32,000 nucleotides of DNA, taken from NCBI RefSeq assembly GCF_000284455.1, contig NC_017039.1, positions 30,001 through 62,000 of the forward strand. The letters run 5' to 3'. The translations under genes were made by a program, and so were the position numbers. Below the pieces are notes generated by a model. It was given only the letters and a program-made list of their open reading frames with translations, did not search any database and had not been told where the DNA came from. Every line of letters begins with the position of its first letter. The stretch's first letter is position 1. The stretch comes from Synechocystis sp. PCC 6803 substr. PCC-P (GTDB lineage Bacteria; Cyanobacteriota; Cyanobacteriia; Cyanobacteriales; Microcystaceae). This document shows positions 1 through 6,720 of the stretch, piece after piece.

Positions 1-2454
1 AAAGGGAGCCCCGGGATAAACACTCAGGTCAAAATCATTTGATTCGGCCAAATACTGGGTATTAAACAAATTTTCGATGTTTAATTGTAATTCCCAATTT
101 TCCCGACGATAAAAAATGGCAGCATCGGTGCGGAAATAGCTGGGTAACACAAAGGTGTTGTCCAAGTCCCCCTCCCGTTGATCAACATAAAATAGTCCTA
201 AACCAAAGCCCAAGCCTTGTAAATTTCCCGATTGAATTTCATAGGTTGTCCAGAGGCTAAACTGGTTGCTAGGAACATTAGATAAAGTGTTGTCTACGAT
301 ATCGGTATTATCTTGGCTTACAAAAGCATCAAGGTAACTATAACCGGTGACAATATTCCAACCAGGCAAAATTTCTCCACCCAGGTAAAGCTCCACCCCT
401 CGGCTAGTTTGTTCCCCTGTTTGAATGGTAAATAATAGATTGGCAGGATCAATGGTAGGAACATTTTGTTTCCTAATATCAAATGCCGAGAAAGTCACAC
501 TTAACTTGTCGGTAATGTCTGCCTTAACTCCCACTTCAAACTGGCGACCGGTCTGGGGATCAAAGGTAGAACCATCGGCGTTGAGGGAGGCGGCAAAAGA
601 AGGATTAAAAGAGGTGGTGTAAGAGCCATAAAGGGAAACCGTGGGAATTGGTTGATAGATAATACCAACCCGGGGTGTTAATTGGTTATCGGTTTGGTTA
701 AATTCTTCCCTTGGATCTGTAATAGACTGGGTCGACCGATTTTGGGTAGCGGAATCGTAACGGAGTCCCACCAATAGCTTCAGGTTGTCAAATAAATCCA
801 TTTGATCCTGTAGATAAACCGCAAAGCGATTGACTTGATCATCACGGAAAAATTCTGGCGCGATGGGGAAAGGGGTATTGGTGTAAACCGGGTTGAAAAC
901 ATTAATGGGAGCAAAGGTGTTGCTGAATTGAAATTCTGGAGTCTCTGTATCGTTACGATACTCCAATCCAAATAACACCCGATGTTTAACCGGCCCAGTG
1001 TAGAATTCTCCTATCAATTCTGCATTGGTGAAAAAACGCTGATAATTTCCTCCCCCATAATATTCAAATCGATTTAATTCCCCAGTATCTTCGTCAAAAA
1101 AGTCAAAGAGGGGCGCATAGCGGACGGGGGCGTAGGCCAAGTATTGCATGGCATGGCGTAGCTTCAGATTTTCGTTAAAATCGTGGTTGAAGGTGTAGCC
1201 AATTAGGTATTGATCTTGCTCAAATTTACTAAATCGCTCTCCTAAAAATCGATTCGATGGCAAGTCTGCGATATTTGGTGCTGGGATGCCTTCATCTAAG
1301 GTTTCCCGATTGGTTGTGTATTGTCCATAGATATTCAACTTCGTGTCTGGACCAATATTCCAAGTTAAAGTTGGTGATACAACCCAGAGATCACCGTAGA
1401 CGAAATCTCGAAAACTGCCGGAGGTTTCATAGGAAACATTGAGACGATAATTAACTGTATCAATGGCTTCCGGTAGGAGGGGACCGGATAAATCCACATC
1501 TAAACGATAGTCATTATAATTACCAAGGGACACAGCCGCATTGTAATAGGGTTCATCCAAAGGTTTTTTGGAAATTAGGTTGATTGATCCCCCGGGTTCT
1601 CCAGCACCAAACACAATGGAAGAGGGGCCTTTGAGCACTTCTATTTGTTCGATGTCTGTGGTATTTAAGGGGGCTAAGGATTGATAGGGAATGCCATCAC
1701 GAAAAATACTGTTATTGACGGGAAATCCACGGATTAGAAAGCCGGGGCCAAAAACACTAGTTCCCCTGCCCCCGGCGGGGCTAACCCCTGGCACTGTTTG
1801 GAGGGCTGGTCCCAATTCGGTTACGTTTCGGTCTTGTAAGACCTGTTGGGGCACAACTTGAATGGACTGGGGGATATCGAGTAAAGGGGTATCTAATCCT
1901 GTGGCGGTGGAAGCACTGGGCACAAAGTAGCTAGCTTCCCCCTGCCCTTCTTGGGTGGCTACCACTTCAATTTCTGATTCTGGATTCTCAGGGGCGATCG
2001 CCGTGGAGGACGAAGTTAAGCTAAGCACTAAATTTTGGTCAACAGAACTCACTGTCACTTCAGGAAGATTATTATCAACGCCCGTCACCGTAATGCGGAC
2101 TATGTTGTTTTCCCCTTGGGTAATGGCGATCGCCGCAATTTGGGGACTAGGATTTTCCTGGTTAAATTCTCCTCCGGGAATGTCCAAGAGGGCATCGGTC
2201 AACTCAATAATGAGCAGATTCCCTTGGGGATAAATCAGGGGTTGGACCGGGATGGGGGAATTGTTGGCCAGTTCCAGCTCTAGACCCTTTTCTGTGGACT
2301 TTAGATTAACTCCGGTAACCAAGATGGAGCCAACTTGAGCTTGTATTTTGGTTTGGGCCCCAGAATTATTAATTTGGGCCAGTATGGGCAAGGGGGCTAC
2401 TAGCCCCGAACATAGGCAACATATGGTTAAGCCTAAGCTTATTTTGGTATTCAC
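1..2454 (-). CDS. fhuA: TonB-dependent outer-membrane siderophore receptor (FhuA-like), 3' end beyond the left window edge
   Basis: Not in the supplied ORF track because there is no in-window stop. My hand translation of the minus strand starts at GTG 2454..2452, with GAGGAG at 2465..2460 (5 nt spacing), and stays open for 818 codons exactly to position 1. It reads VNTKISLGLTICCLCSG (signal-like), then an AMIN-like domain, TonB-box-like EIEVVAT, plug motifs (DIPQSIQVVPQQVLQDR, IEVLKGPSSIVFG) and a barrel ending NIENLFNTQYLAESNDFDLSVYPGAPF. It is collinear with the product of 9817..12363. Confidence 0.85.
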   Translation of the reverse strand, partial: MNTKISLGLTICCLCSGLVAPLPILAQINNSGAQTKIQAQVGSILVTGVNLKSTEKGLELELANNSPIPVQPLIYPQGNLLIIELTDALLDIPGGEFNQENPSPQIAAIAITQGENNIVRITVTGVDNNLPEVTVSSVDQNLVLSLTSSSTAIAPENPESEIEVVATQEGQGEASYFVPSASTATGLDTPLLDIPQSIQVVPQQVLQDRNVTELGPALQTVPGVSPAGGRGTSVFGPGFLIRGFPVNNSIFRDGIPYQSLAPLNTTDIEQIEVLKGPSSIVFGAGEPGGSINLISKKPLDEPYYNAAVSLGNYNDYRLDVDLSGPLLPEAIDTVNYRLNVSYETSGSFRDFVYGDLWVVSPTLTWNIGPDTKLNIYGQYTTNRETLDEGIPAPNIADLPSNRFLGERFSKFEQDQYLIGYTFNHDFNENLKLRHAMQYLAYAPVRYAPLFDFFDEDTGELNRFEYYGGGNYQRFFTNAELIGEFYTGPVKHRVLFGLEYRNDTETPEFQFSNTFAPINVFNPVYTNTPFPIAPEFFRDDQVNRFAVYLQDQMDLFDNLKLLVGLRYDSATQNRSTQSITDPREEFNQTDNQLTPRVGIIYQPIPTVSLYGSYTTSFNPSFAASLNADGSTFDPQTGRQFEVGVKADITDKLSVTFSAFDIRKQNVPTIDPANLLFTIQTGEQTSRGVELYLGGEILPGWNIVTGYSYLDAFVSQDNTDIVDNTLSNVPSNQFSLWTTYEIQSGNLQGLGFGLGLFYVDQREGDLDNTFVLPSYFRTDAAIFYRRENWELQLNIENLFNTQYLAESNDFDLSVYPGAPF
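1994..2001. repeat. HIP1 (GCGATCGC) - one of 25 perfect copies found by manual scan
   Basis: Copy start positions: 1994, 2126, 2543, 3381, 4629, 5735, 6799, 6925, 8456, 9050, 12810, 13721, 14073, 14697, 16394, 19044, 19180, 24587, 24899, 25964, 26291, 27461, 28933, 30046, 30744. A random 8-mer would be expected less than once in 32 kb. I may have missed copies. Confidence 0.8.
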
Positions 2455-2489
2455 AATTGCTCCTCACACAAAAGTTAAAAAGTTTTATT

Positions 2490-2509
2490 AATTAAGCAAA
2501 TGCTTAATT
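2490..2509. promoter_or_regulatory. Perfect 9-2-9 palindrome AATTAAGCA-AA-TGCTTAATT between exbD stop and fhuA start
   Basis: Read directly from the sequence. The 2-nt spacer is too short for an RNA hairpin loop, so a dimeric protein-binding site is more plausible than a terminator. Confidence 0.4.
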
Positions 2510-2523
2510 CTTTTTCAGTTTTT

Positions 2524-2952
2524 TTAGTTCTTGGGCGTGGCGGCGATCGCCAGGGAAACCCCCTTGATTTGGCGTACACCATCCATAACCTGTACCACTA
2601 AACCATGGTTAACCTGTTCATCGGCTTTAATTACCACCAAACTATTGGCGTTATTTTTAGCCTTAGCCAGGATATTTGTTTGCAAATCTTTTAGGGGTAT
2701 TGCCTGGCCATCCAAAAACAGTTCACCAGTCTGTTTAACGGTTAAAATAAATTGCGGATTGGGCTTGCTTTCCGTGGTTTGGGCCGAAGGTAAGTTGACC
2801 GATAAACCGTCGGAGCGGCTGAGATACAAACTGGAGATGATGAAAAACGCCAGGATAGAAAAAATCACGTCAATCATCGGAATGATATTGATTTCGCCCT
2901 GGGCTTCAAACTCATCGGGAAGTCGCATACTCTTTTTCCTCCGGTTGGTCAT
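2524..2952 (-). CDS. exbD: ExbD/TolR-family TonB-system energizer subunit
   Basis: Same frame as track ORF 2524..3063. MTNRRKKSMRLPDEFEAQGEINIIPMIDVIFSILAFFII gives a basic N-terminus, a single TM segment and an ExbD-type EINxxPxIDV motif. An alternative ATG at 2928 (MRLPDE) has GGAGG 9 nt upstream. Either start overlaps the exbB stop at 2912, which suggests translational coupling. Confidence 0.85.
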   Translation of the reverse strand: MTNRRKKSMRLPDEFEAQGEINIIPMIDVIFSILAFFIISSLYLSRSDGLSVNLPSAQTTESKPNPQFILTVKQTGELFLDGQAIPLKDLQTNILAKAKNNANSLVVIKADEQVNHGLVVQVMDGVRQIKGVSLAIAATPKN

Positions 2953-3559
2953 GGAAACGGCGATATACCAATTCGATTTGCCCCGTTTGCTCCTGTATGA
3001 GGGCGAATTGGCGCAGATAGAGGGAACGGAACACGTTGGCAAAGAGGAGAGTGGCAATGGCAACTACCAAGCCCATCACGGTGGACACCAATGCTTCACT
3101 GATCCCCCCGGTGACCCCCGAGGCATTGGCGGCGGTGGTACTGCCTAAACTCATGGAAGAAAAGGAACGCATTAGTCCCAAAATTGTCCCCAGTAAGCCC
3201 AGGAGAGGGGAAACGGTGATAATGGTCTGAAATAGGGTGTTAAATCGTTTTAAAAGCGGTAATTCTGCTTGGGTAGCGCTTTCCAGGGCCAGGCGAAACT
3301 CCGTTGGTGTGGCCCCCTCCAAACACAGGGCTTCGAGAAAAATTCGTGCCATGGGTAAATCCGCATTTTGTTTCAGCTTGGCGATCGCCCCTGGGGGATT
3401 ACTGCGATAAAGCTTGAGCACATCATTTACCAACCGATTTTGCCGTAACTGGATCTGACTCCAAAAATAGGCACGCTCGATAATCAGGGCCACAGCTAAC
3501 AGGGAAAAACCGAGGAGGGGCACCGCCACTATGCCCCCGGCCATAAAAACTTCTACCAA
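2912..3559 (-). CDS. exbB: ExbB (MotA/TolQ/ExbB proton-channel family)
   Basis: 215-aa ORF with an N-terminal TM (GGIVAVPLLGFSLLAVALIIERAYFW) and C-terminal paired TMs (TVSPLLGLLGTILGLM ... GGISEALVSTVMGLVVAIATLLFAN), typical of ExbB/TolQ. It lies directly upstream of exbD. The start is ambiguous: TTG at 3559 with AAGAGG upstream, or ATG at 3544. Confidence 0.85.
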   Translation of the reverse strand: MVEVFMAGGIVAVPLLGFSLLAVALIIERAYFWSQIQLRQNRLVNDVLKLYRSNPPGAIAKLKQNADLPMARIFLEALCLEGATPTEFRLALESATQAELPLLKRFNTLFQTIITVSPLLGLLGTILGLMRSFSSMSLGSTTAANASGVTGGISEALVSTVMGLVVAIATLLFANVFRSLYLRQFALIQEQTGQIELVYRRFHDQPEEKEYATSR

Positions 3560-3638
3560 CGTGATAACCTCTTGTGTTCACTCAACACAGTTAAGAGTAA
3601 TTCTCAATTAATCCCCTTGCCTAGCCATAATAGCAATT

Positions 3639-3657
3639 GATAACTATTTTCAATAAA
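3639..3657. promoter_or_regulatory. Fur-box-like site in the exbB/tonB divergent region
   Basis: GATAACTATTTTCAATAAA matches the 19-bp consensus GATAATGATAATCATTATC at 12/19 positions (hand count). Confidence 0.3.
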
Positions 3658-3666
3658 TTAAATGGA

Positions 3667-3686
3667 TAAGCAATAAGATTTGCTTA
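3667..3686. promoter_or_regulatory. 7-6-7 inverted repeat TAAGCAA-N6-TTGCTTA in the exbB/tonB divergent region
   Basis: Read directly. It shares the half-site TAAGCA/TGCTTA with the palindrome at 2490..2509 but with different spacing. Confidence 0.3.
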
Positions 3687-3808
3687 AGTGCAAACGAGTT
3701 TTCTAGGCTTTAAGGGCCTATATTCACGGTTGCAGAGAAAAAATTTTGGAATAAAAGAGTCAGTGGAGGTGTTTAATGTCGCAACTAAACGTCTATAATG
3801 CTATAGCT

Positions 3809-3827
3809 ATTAATAATAATATTTCAC
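3809..3827. promoter_or_regulatory. Fur-box-like AT-rich site 64-82 nt upstream of tonB ATG
   Basis: ATTAATAATAATATTTCAC matches the 19-bp Fur consensus at 12/19 positions (hand count). Confidence 0.3.
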
Positions 3828-3890
3828 ATAATAGATGCAGTTCAGCCTAGGCTAGGGGCCACAATAATTGCCTGTCAATGCAAGAATTCC

Positions 3891-5489
3891 ATGTCAATCT
3901 CTAATTTCTGCCTGACCCAAAGATCCCAGCAATACCAAAACAGCCAAAAGATCATCCTGGCGGGGGCGACCTGTTCCTTGTTAATCCACGGGGCGATCGG
4001 AGCGTTCTGGAGATTTCCCCTGGATGGTGATACTCCCGCCGTAGAGCCGATTGAATTTATTGTGGTGGACCCTTCTCCCATCCCAGAAGTCACACCGCCA
4101 CCAACGGAGCAGAAAACTGAGCAGAAAAAAGTCGAACCTCTGCCGAATATCTCCCCACCACCGCCCACTCCGGTAACTCAAGCAGTTTTACCGCCCCTGC
4201 CCCAAGCCATTATTCCCCCCGTCCCATCAGTCAATTCTCTGCCCAGTCCGGTGGTGGAAAATCCAATTTCCTTGCCCAATTCATTGCCCCCACCCCCTGC
4301 GGCTCCAGTCCCCAATGCAGTGTCTCTCCCGGTGGACCAGGCCATTACTCCTCCTACCCCAAACCTCAATCCCCTCCCTAATCCAGTTACAGAAAGCCCC
4401 GCTTCTTTGACTCAGCCGGCCCAGAGTGCCTTTCGTTTGCCCTTTTCTTCCCTCCAGACTCCGGAATTTGCCCCGATTCCTGAGCAGGCCCCCGCTGTTT
4501 CCCCGGGGATTCGCCCAGCTACGCCCCAAAGTTTAGCCAACGCCCCAAGCCGACAGCCCGTATTTGGTCGCATTAGTTCCTCTGCCCCGTCCCAGGGAAA
4601 TCCGTTAACCAACCAGGATTCATTTACGGCGATCGCCAATGGCAATGCAGTTAGTCAGGGGGCCCCGCCGATGAAACCGGGGACAGCTACTAAACCCATT
4701 GCCAGTGGTGGTGGTAGCTCTGGCCCTAGTCTGGGCTCCGGCCAACCCAGAGCAGAACGGCCCGGTGGCGGCAATGCAGGGGCAAATGTTGGTCCCATTG
4801 CGGCCAATCCCGTTGCTAGTAGTGCTCCCCCTAAACCGAAACCAACTCCCAGTTCCCCCGCTAAGCCAGACCCCTTAAAGTGCGTTAGCCAATGTAAACC
4901 CAGTTATCCCTCCATCCTCCAGGGGGAAGAAGGTAGTGCTACAGTATTAATTTCAGTAAATGATAGTGGTGGTGTGACCAGCGTAACCATCACCAATGCC
5001 CACGGCAACAGCGAGGTCAACCGCCAGGCCCTATTGGCAGCCAGAAAAATGCAGTTTACGGCCCCCGCCAGTGGTCAATCCAAATCAGTCCCTGTGGTGA
5101 TTCACTTCACCGTTGCTGGTTCAGACTTTGATCGTCAGGCGAGGGAGCGTCAGCAACAGCAGGAAGAGTTGCGTCAGGCCGCCCGCAGAGCAGAAGAGGA
5201 AAAGGCAAATCAAGCCCGTCAGAGACAGTTGGAAGAGGAGCGTCAAGCCCGCCAACGGCAATTAGAGAAAGAACGGGAAGAACGACTGAAACAATTCTCC
5301 GTAGAATCCCAGCCCAGTCCCGTGCCAGCCGTGAAAGTTTCTCCTTCCCCCAGTCCTACCCCGGCGGTGAGAGTTTCCCCTTCTCCTAGTCCAGAGCCAC
5401 CTCCCACTCCCGCTGCCGCACCGAAGACCGAGCCAGCAGTAGGGATAGATGAATTGGCGCCCGATCTGGAGCAGTCATCCGATTCCTAA
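3891..5489 (+). CDS. tonB: TonB-like energy transducer, atypically long (532 aa) with a C-terminal extension
   Basis: The N-terminal TM carries an SxxxH motif (CSLLIHGAIGAFW; compare E. coli SVCIHGAVV). A ~270-aa Pro-rich spacer follows. A TonB C-terminal-domain-like segment is present (KPSYPSILQGEEGSATVLISVNDSGGVTSVTITNAHGNSEVNRQALLAARKMQFTAP...VVIHFTVAG). After that come 122 further residues (see findings). The gene is divergent from exbB. Confidence 0.8.
   Translation: MSISNFCLTQRSQQYQNSQKIILAGATCSLLIHGAIGAFWRFPLDGDTPAVEPIEFIVVDPSPIPEVTPPPTEQKTEQKKVEPLPNISPPPPTPVTQAVLPPLPQAIIPPVPSVNSLPSPVVENPISLPNSLPPPPAAPVPNAVSLPVDQAITPPTPNLNPLPNPVTESPASLTQPAQSAFRLPFSSLQTPEFAPIPEQAPAVSPGIRPATPQSLANAPSRQPVFGRISSSAPSQGNPLTNQDSFTAIANGNAVSQGAPPMKPGTATKPIASGGGSSGPSLGSGQPRAERPGGGNAGANVGPIAANPVASSAPPKPKPTPSSPAKPDPLKCVSQCKPSYPSILQGEEGSATVLISVNDSGGVTSVTITNAHGNSEVNRQALLAARKMQFTAPASGQSKSVPVVIHFTVAGSDFDRQARERQQQQEELRQAARRAEEEKANQARQRQLEEERQARQRQLEKEREERLKQFSVESQPSPVPAVKVSPSPSPTPAVRVSPSPSPEPPPTPAAAPKTEPAVGIDELAPDLEQSSDS
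5331..5402 (+). repeat. Imperfect 36-nt tandem duplication inside the tonB 3' extension (VKVSPSPSPTPA / VRVSPSPSPEPP)
   Basis: Units 5331..5366 and 5367..5402 aligned by hand give 25/36 identical overall and 22/26 over the first 26 nt. Confidence 0.7.
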
Positions 5490-5565
5490 ATTTCAACTCA
5501 ATTGGTTAATTAGGTAAACCTTGACTGTGAAATTTATTTAACGTTAAAAATTAGCCGTTTTAATA

Positions 5566-6615
5566 ATGTTTAAATTTGCTCAAATTATTTTCCTAGCTGG
5601 CAGTATGGTCTGCTTAAGTTCCCTGGGTCATCAATCCCTGGCGGGCAATTTAACCCTGCCGGATGGTTCTAAATGTGAAGGACAGATTAGCAATGGTGCA
5701 CTCAATGGCCAGGGTACCTGTCAATTTACCAATGGCGATCGCTATGAAGGTCAATTTGTTGAGGGTGAAAAAAAGGGGCAAGGGAAATATATTTTTGCTG
5801 ATGGGGGCTATTTTGAAGGGGTTTTTGAAGATGATCAAATGGGTAGTAAAGGGGTGCGAGTCTATGCCAGTCAAGACCGTTACGAAGGGGAATTTGTTGA
5901 CGGTCAACCCCACGGTCAAGGGATTTATACAACGGCGGCGGGTCTACGTTATGAGGGAGAATTTGTTGATGGTCAACCCACGGGCAAAGGTACCTTTATT
6001 TATACCAATGGCGATCGGTGTTCCGGCACTGTTGTTCAAGGAGAATTGAACGGGTCAGGCAAGTGCGAGTACAACAATGGCGATCAATATGAAGGCACCT
6101 TAAAGAATGGCCAACCCGACGGTGAGGGAATTTTTCGTTTTGCCGCTGGAGGAGAGTATGAAGGGGAATTTCAGAGCGGTGAATTTTCTGGGCAAGGCAC
6201 CCGTATTTTTGCCAACGGCAATCGTTTCCAGGGACAATTTAAACAGGGGTTACCCTCTGGGCAAGGACAATACAATTTTGCCGATGGGGCCAGCTACCAA
6301 GGGGAAATCCGGGACGGACAACCGGCAGGGGAAGGCATCTATACCTTTGCTAATGGTAATCGTTATCAAGGTCAATTTGTTGCCGGTAAGTTTGCAGGGG
6401 AAGGTGCATTTATTTTTGCCAATGGCGATCGTTGCCAAGGACAATTTAGCAATAATCAACTCCAAGGTATGGCCACCTGTGACTATGTCAATGGTGATAC
6501 GTTTGAAGGGATTTTTGAACAGGGTAAGAAAAATGGCAAGGGCGTTTATTCTTTTGCTGATGGTACCCGCCTAGAAGGGGTATGGAAGGACGATCAATAC
6601 CAAGAACGAGGTTAA
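5566..6615 (+). CDS. Secreted MORN-repeat protein (14 consecutive 23-aa repeats)
   Basis: Signal-peptide-like N-terminus MFKFAQIIFLAGSMVCLSSLGHQSLAG. From Cys37 onward there are 13 full and 1 partial repeat of exactly 23 aa matching the MORN pattern YEGxFxxGxxxGxGxxxFxxGxx. Confidence 0.85.
   Translation: MFKFAQIIFLAGSMVCLSSLGHQSLAGNLTLPDGSKCEGQISNGALNGQGTCQFTNGDRYEGQFVEGEKKGQGKYIFADGGYFEGVFEDDQMGSKGVRVYASQDRYEGEFVDGQPHGQGIYTTAAGLRYEGEFVDGQPTGKGTFIYTNGDRCSGTVVQGELNGSGKCEYNNGDQYEGTLKNGQPDGEGIFRFAAGGEYEGEFQSGEFSGQGTRIFANGNRFQGQFKQGLPSGQGQYNFADGASYQGEIRDGQPAGEGIYTFANGNRYQGQFVAGKFAGEGAFIFANGDRCQGQFSNNQLQGMATCDYVNGDTFEGIFEQGKKNGKGVYSFADGTRLEGVWKDDQYQERG
5674..6612 (+). repeat. Coding tandem array with 69-nt periodicity (the MORN repeats)
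   Basis: Repeat boundaries derived from the protein: 13 x 69 nt plus a 42-nt partial unit. This also explains the many spurious overlapping ORFs in the track across 5650..6574. Confidence 0.85.
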
Positions 6616-6720
6616 CCTTAACCCTGATTTTTTTTAATTTCAGAAAAGTTTGTCGGGAATTGTGAGGTCAAGAAATTAGCCATTATTACCCTTGTGTTCA
6701 GGTCTCCATCATCTTGATTT

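Noticed and set aside
2488-2501. Exact 14-mer TTAATTAAGCAAAT shared (in reverse complement) with 31687..31700, suggesting a common operator for two transporter loci
   Set aside because: My rough expectation for chance 14-mer matches within a 32-kb window on both strands is about 4, and higher in AT-rich spacers. The match is therefore not significant on its own. It is kept only as a note under the palindrome finding.
2531-3230. Plus-strand ORFs of 205 aa (2531..3148) and 64 aa (3036..3230)
   Set aside because: They are antisense to exbD/exbB, whose products have clear family signatures. The plus-strand products have no recognisable features.
3875-4645. Several 63-97-aa minus-strand ORFs (3875..4168, 3981..4181, 4178..4369, 4281..4529, 4412..4645) opposite tonB
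   Set aside because: They lie antisense to the Pro-rich (CCN-rich) spacer of tonB, which is naturally stop-poor on the opposite strand. Their products are Gly/Arg-rich, low-complexity mirror images, with no RBS or independent support.
5650-6574. Overlapping ORFs in other frames and strands across the MORN gene (5650..5919, 5663..6049, 5726..5932, 6107..6574, 6250..6465); the 69-nt periodicity could superficially suggest a repeat-spacer array
   Set aside because: The periodicity is fully explained by 23-aa MORN coding repeats in one long ORF with a signal peptide. The units are contiguous with no unique spacers, so this is not CRISPR. The alternative-frame ORFs are by-products of the repeat.
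6611-6635. GGTTAACC palindrome plus a T8 run after the MORN gene stop, considered as a terminator
   Set aside because: The potential stem (GGTTAA/TTAACC) leaves only a 2-nt loop and is weak. The T-run alone does not make a terminator.
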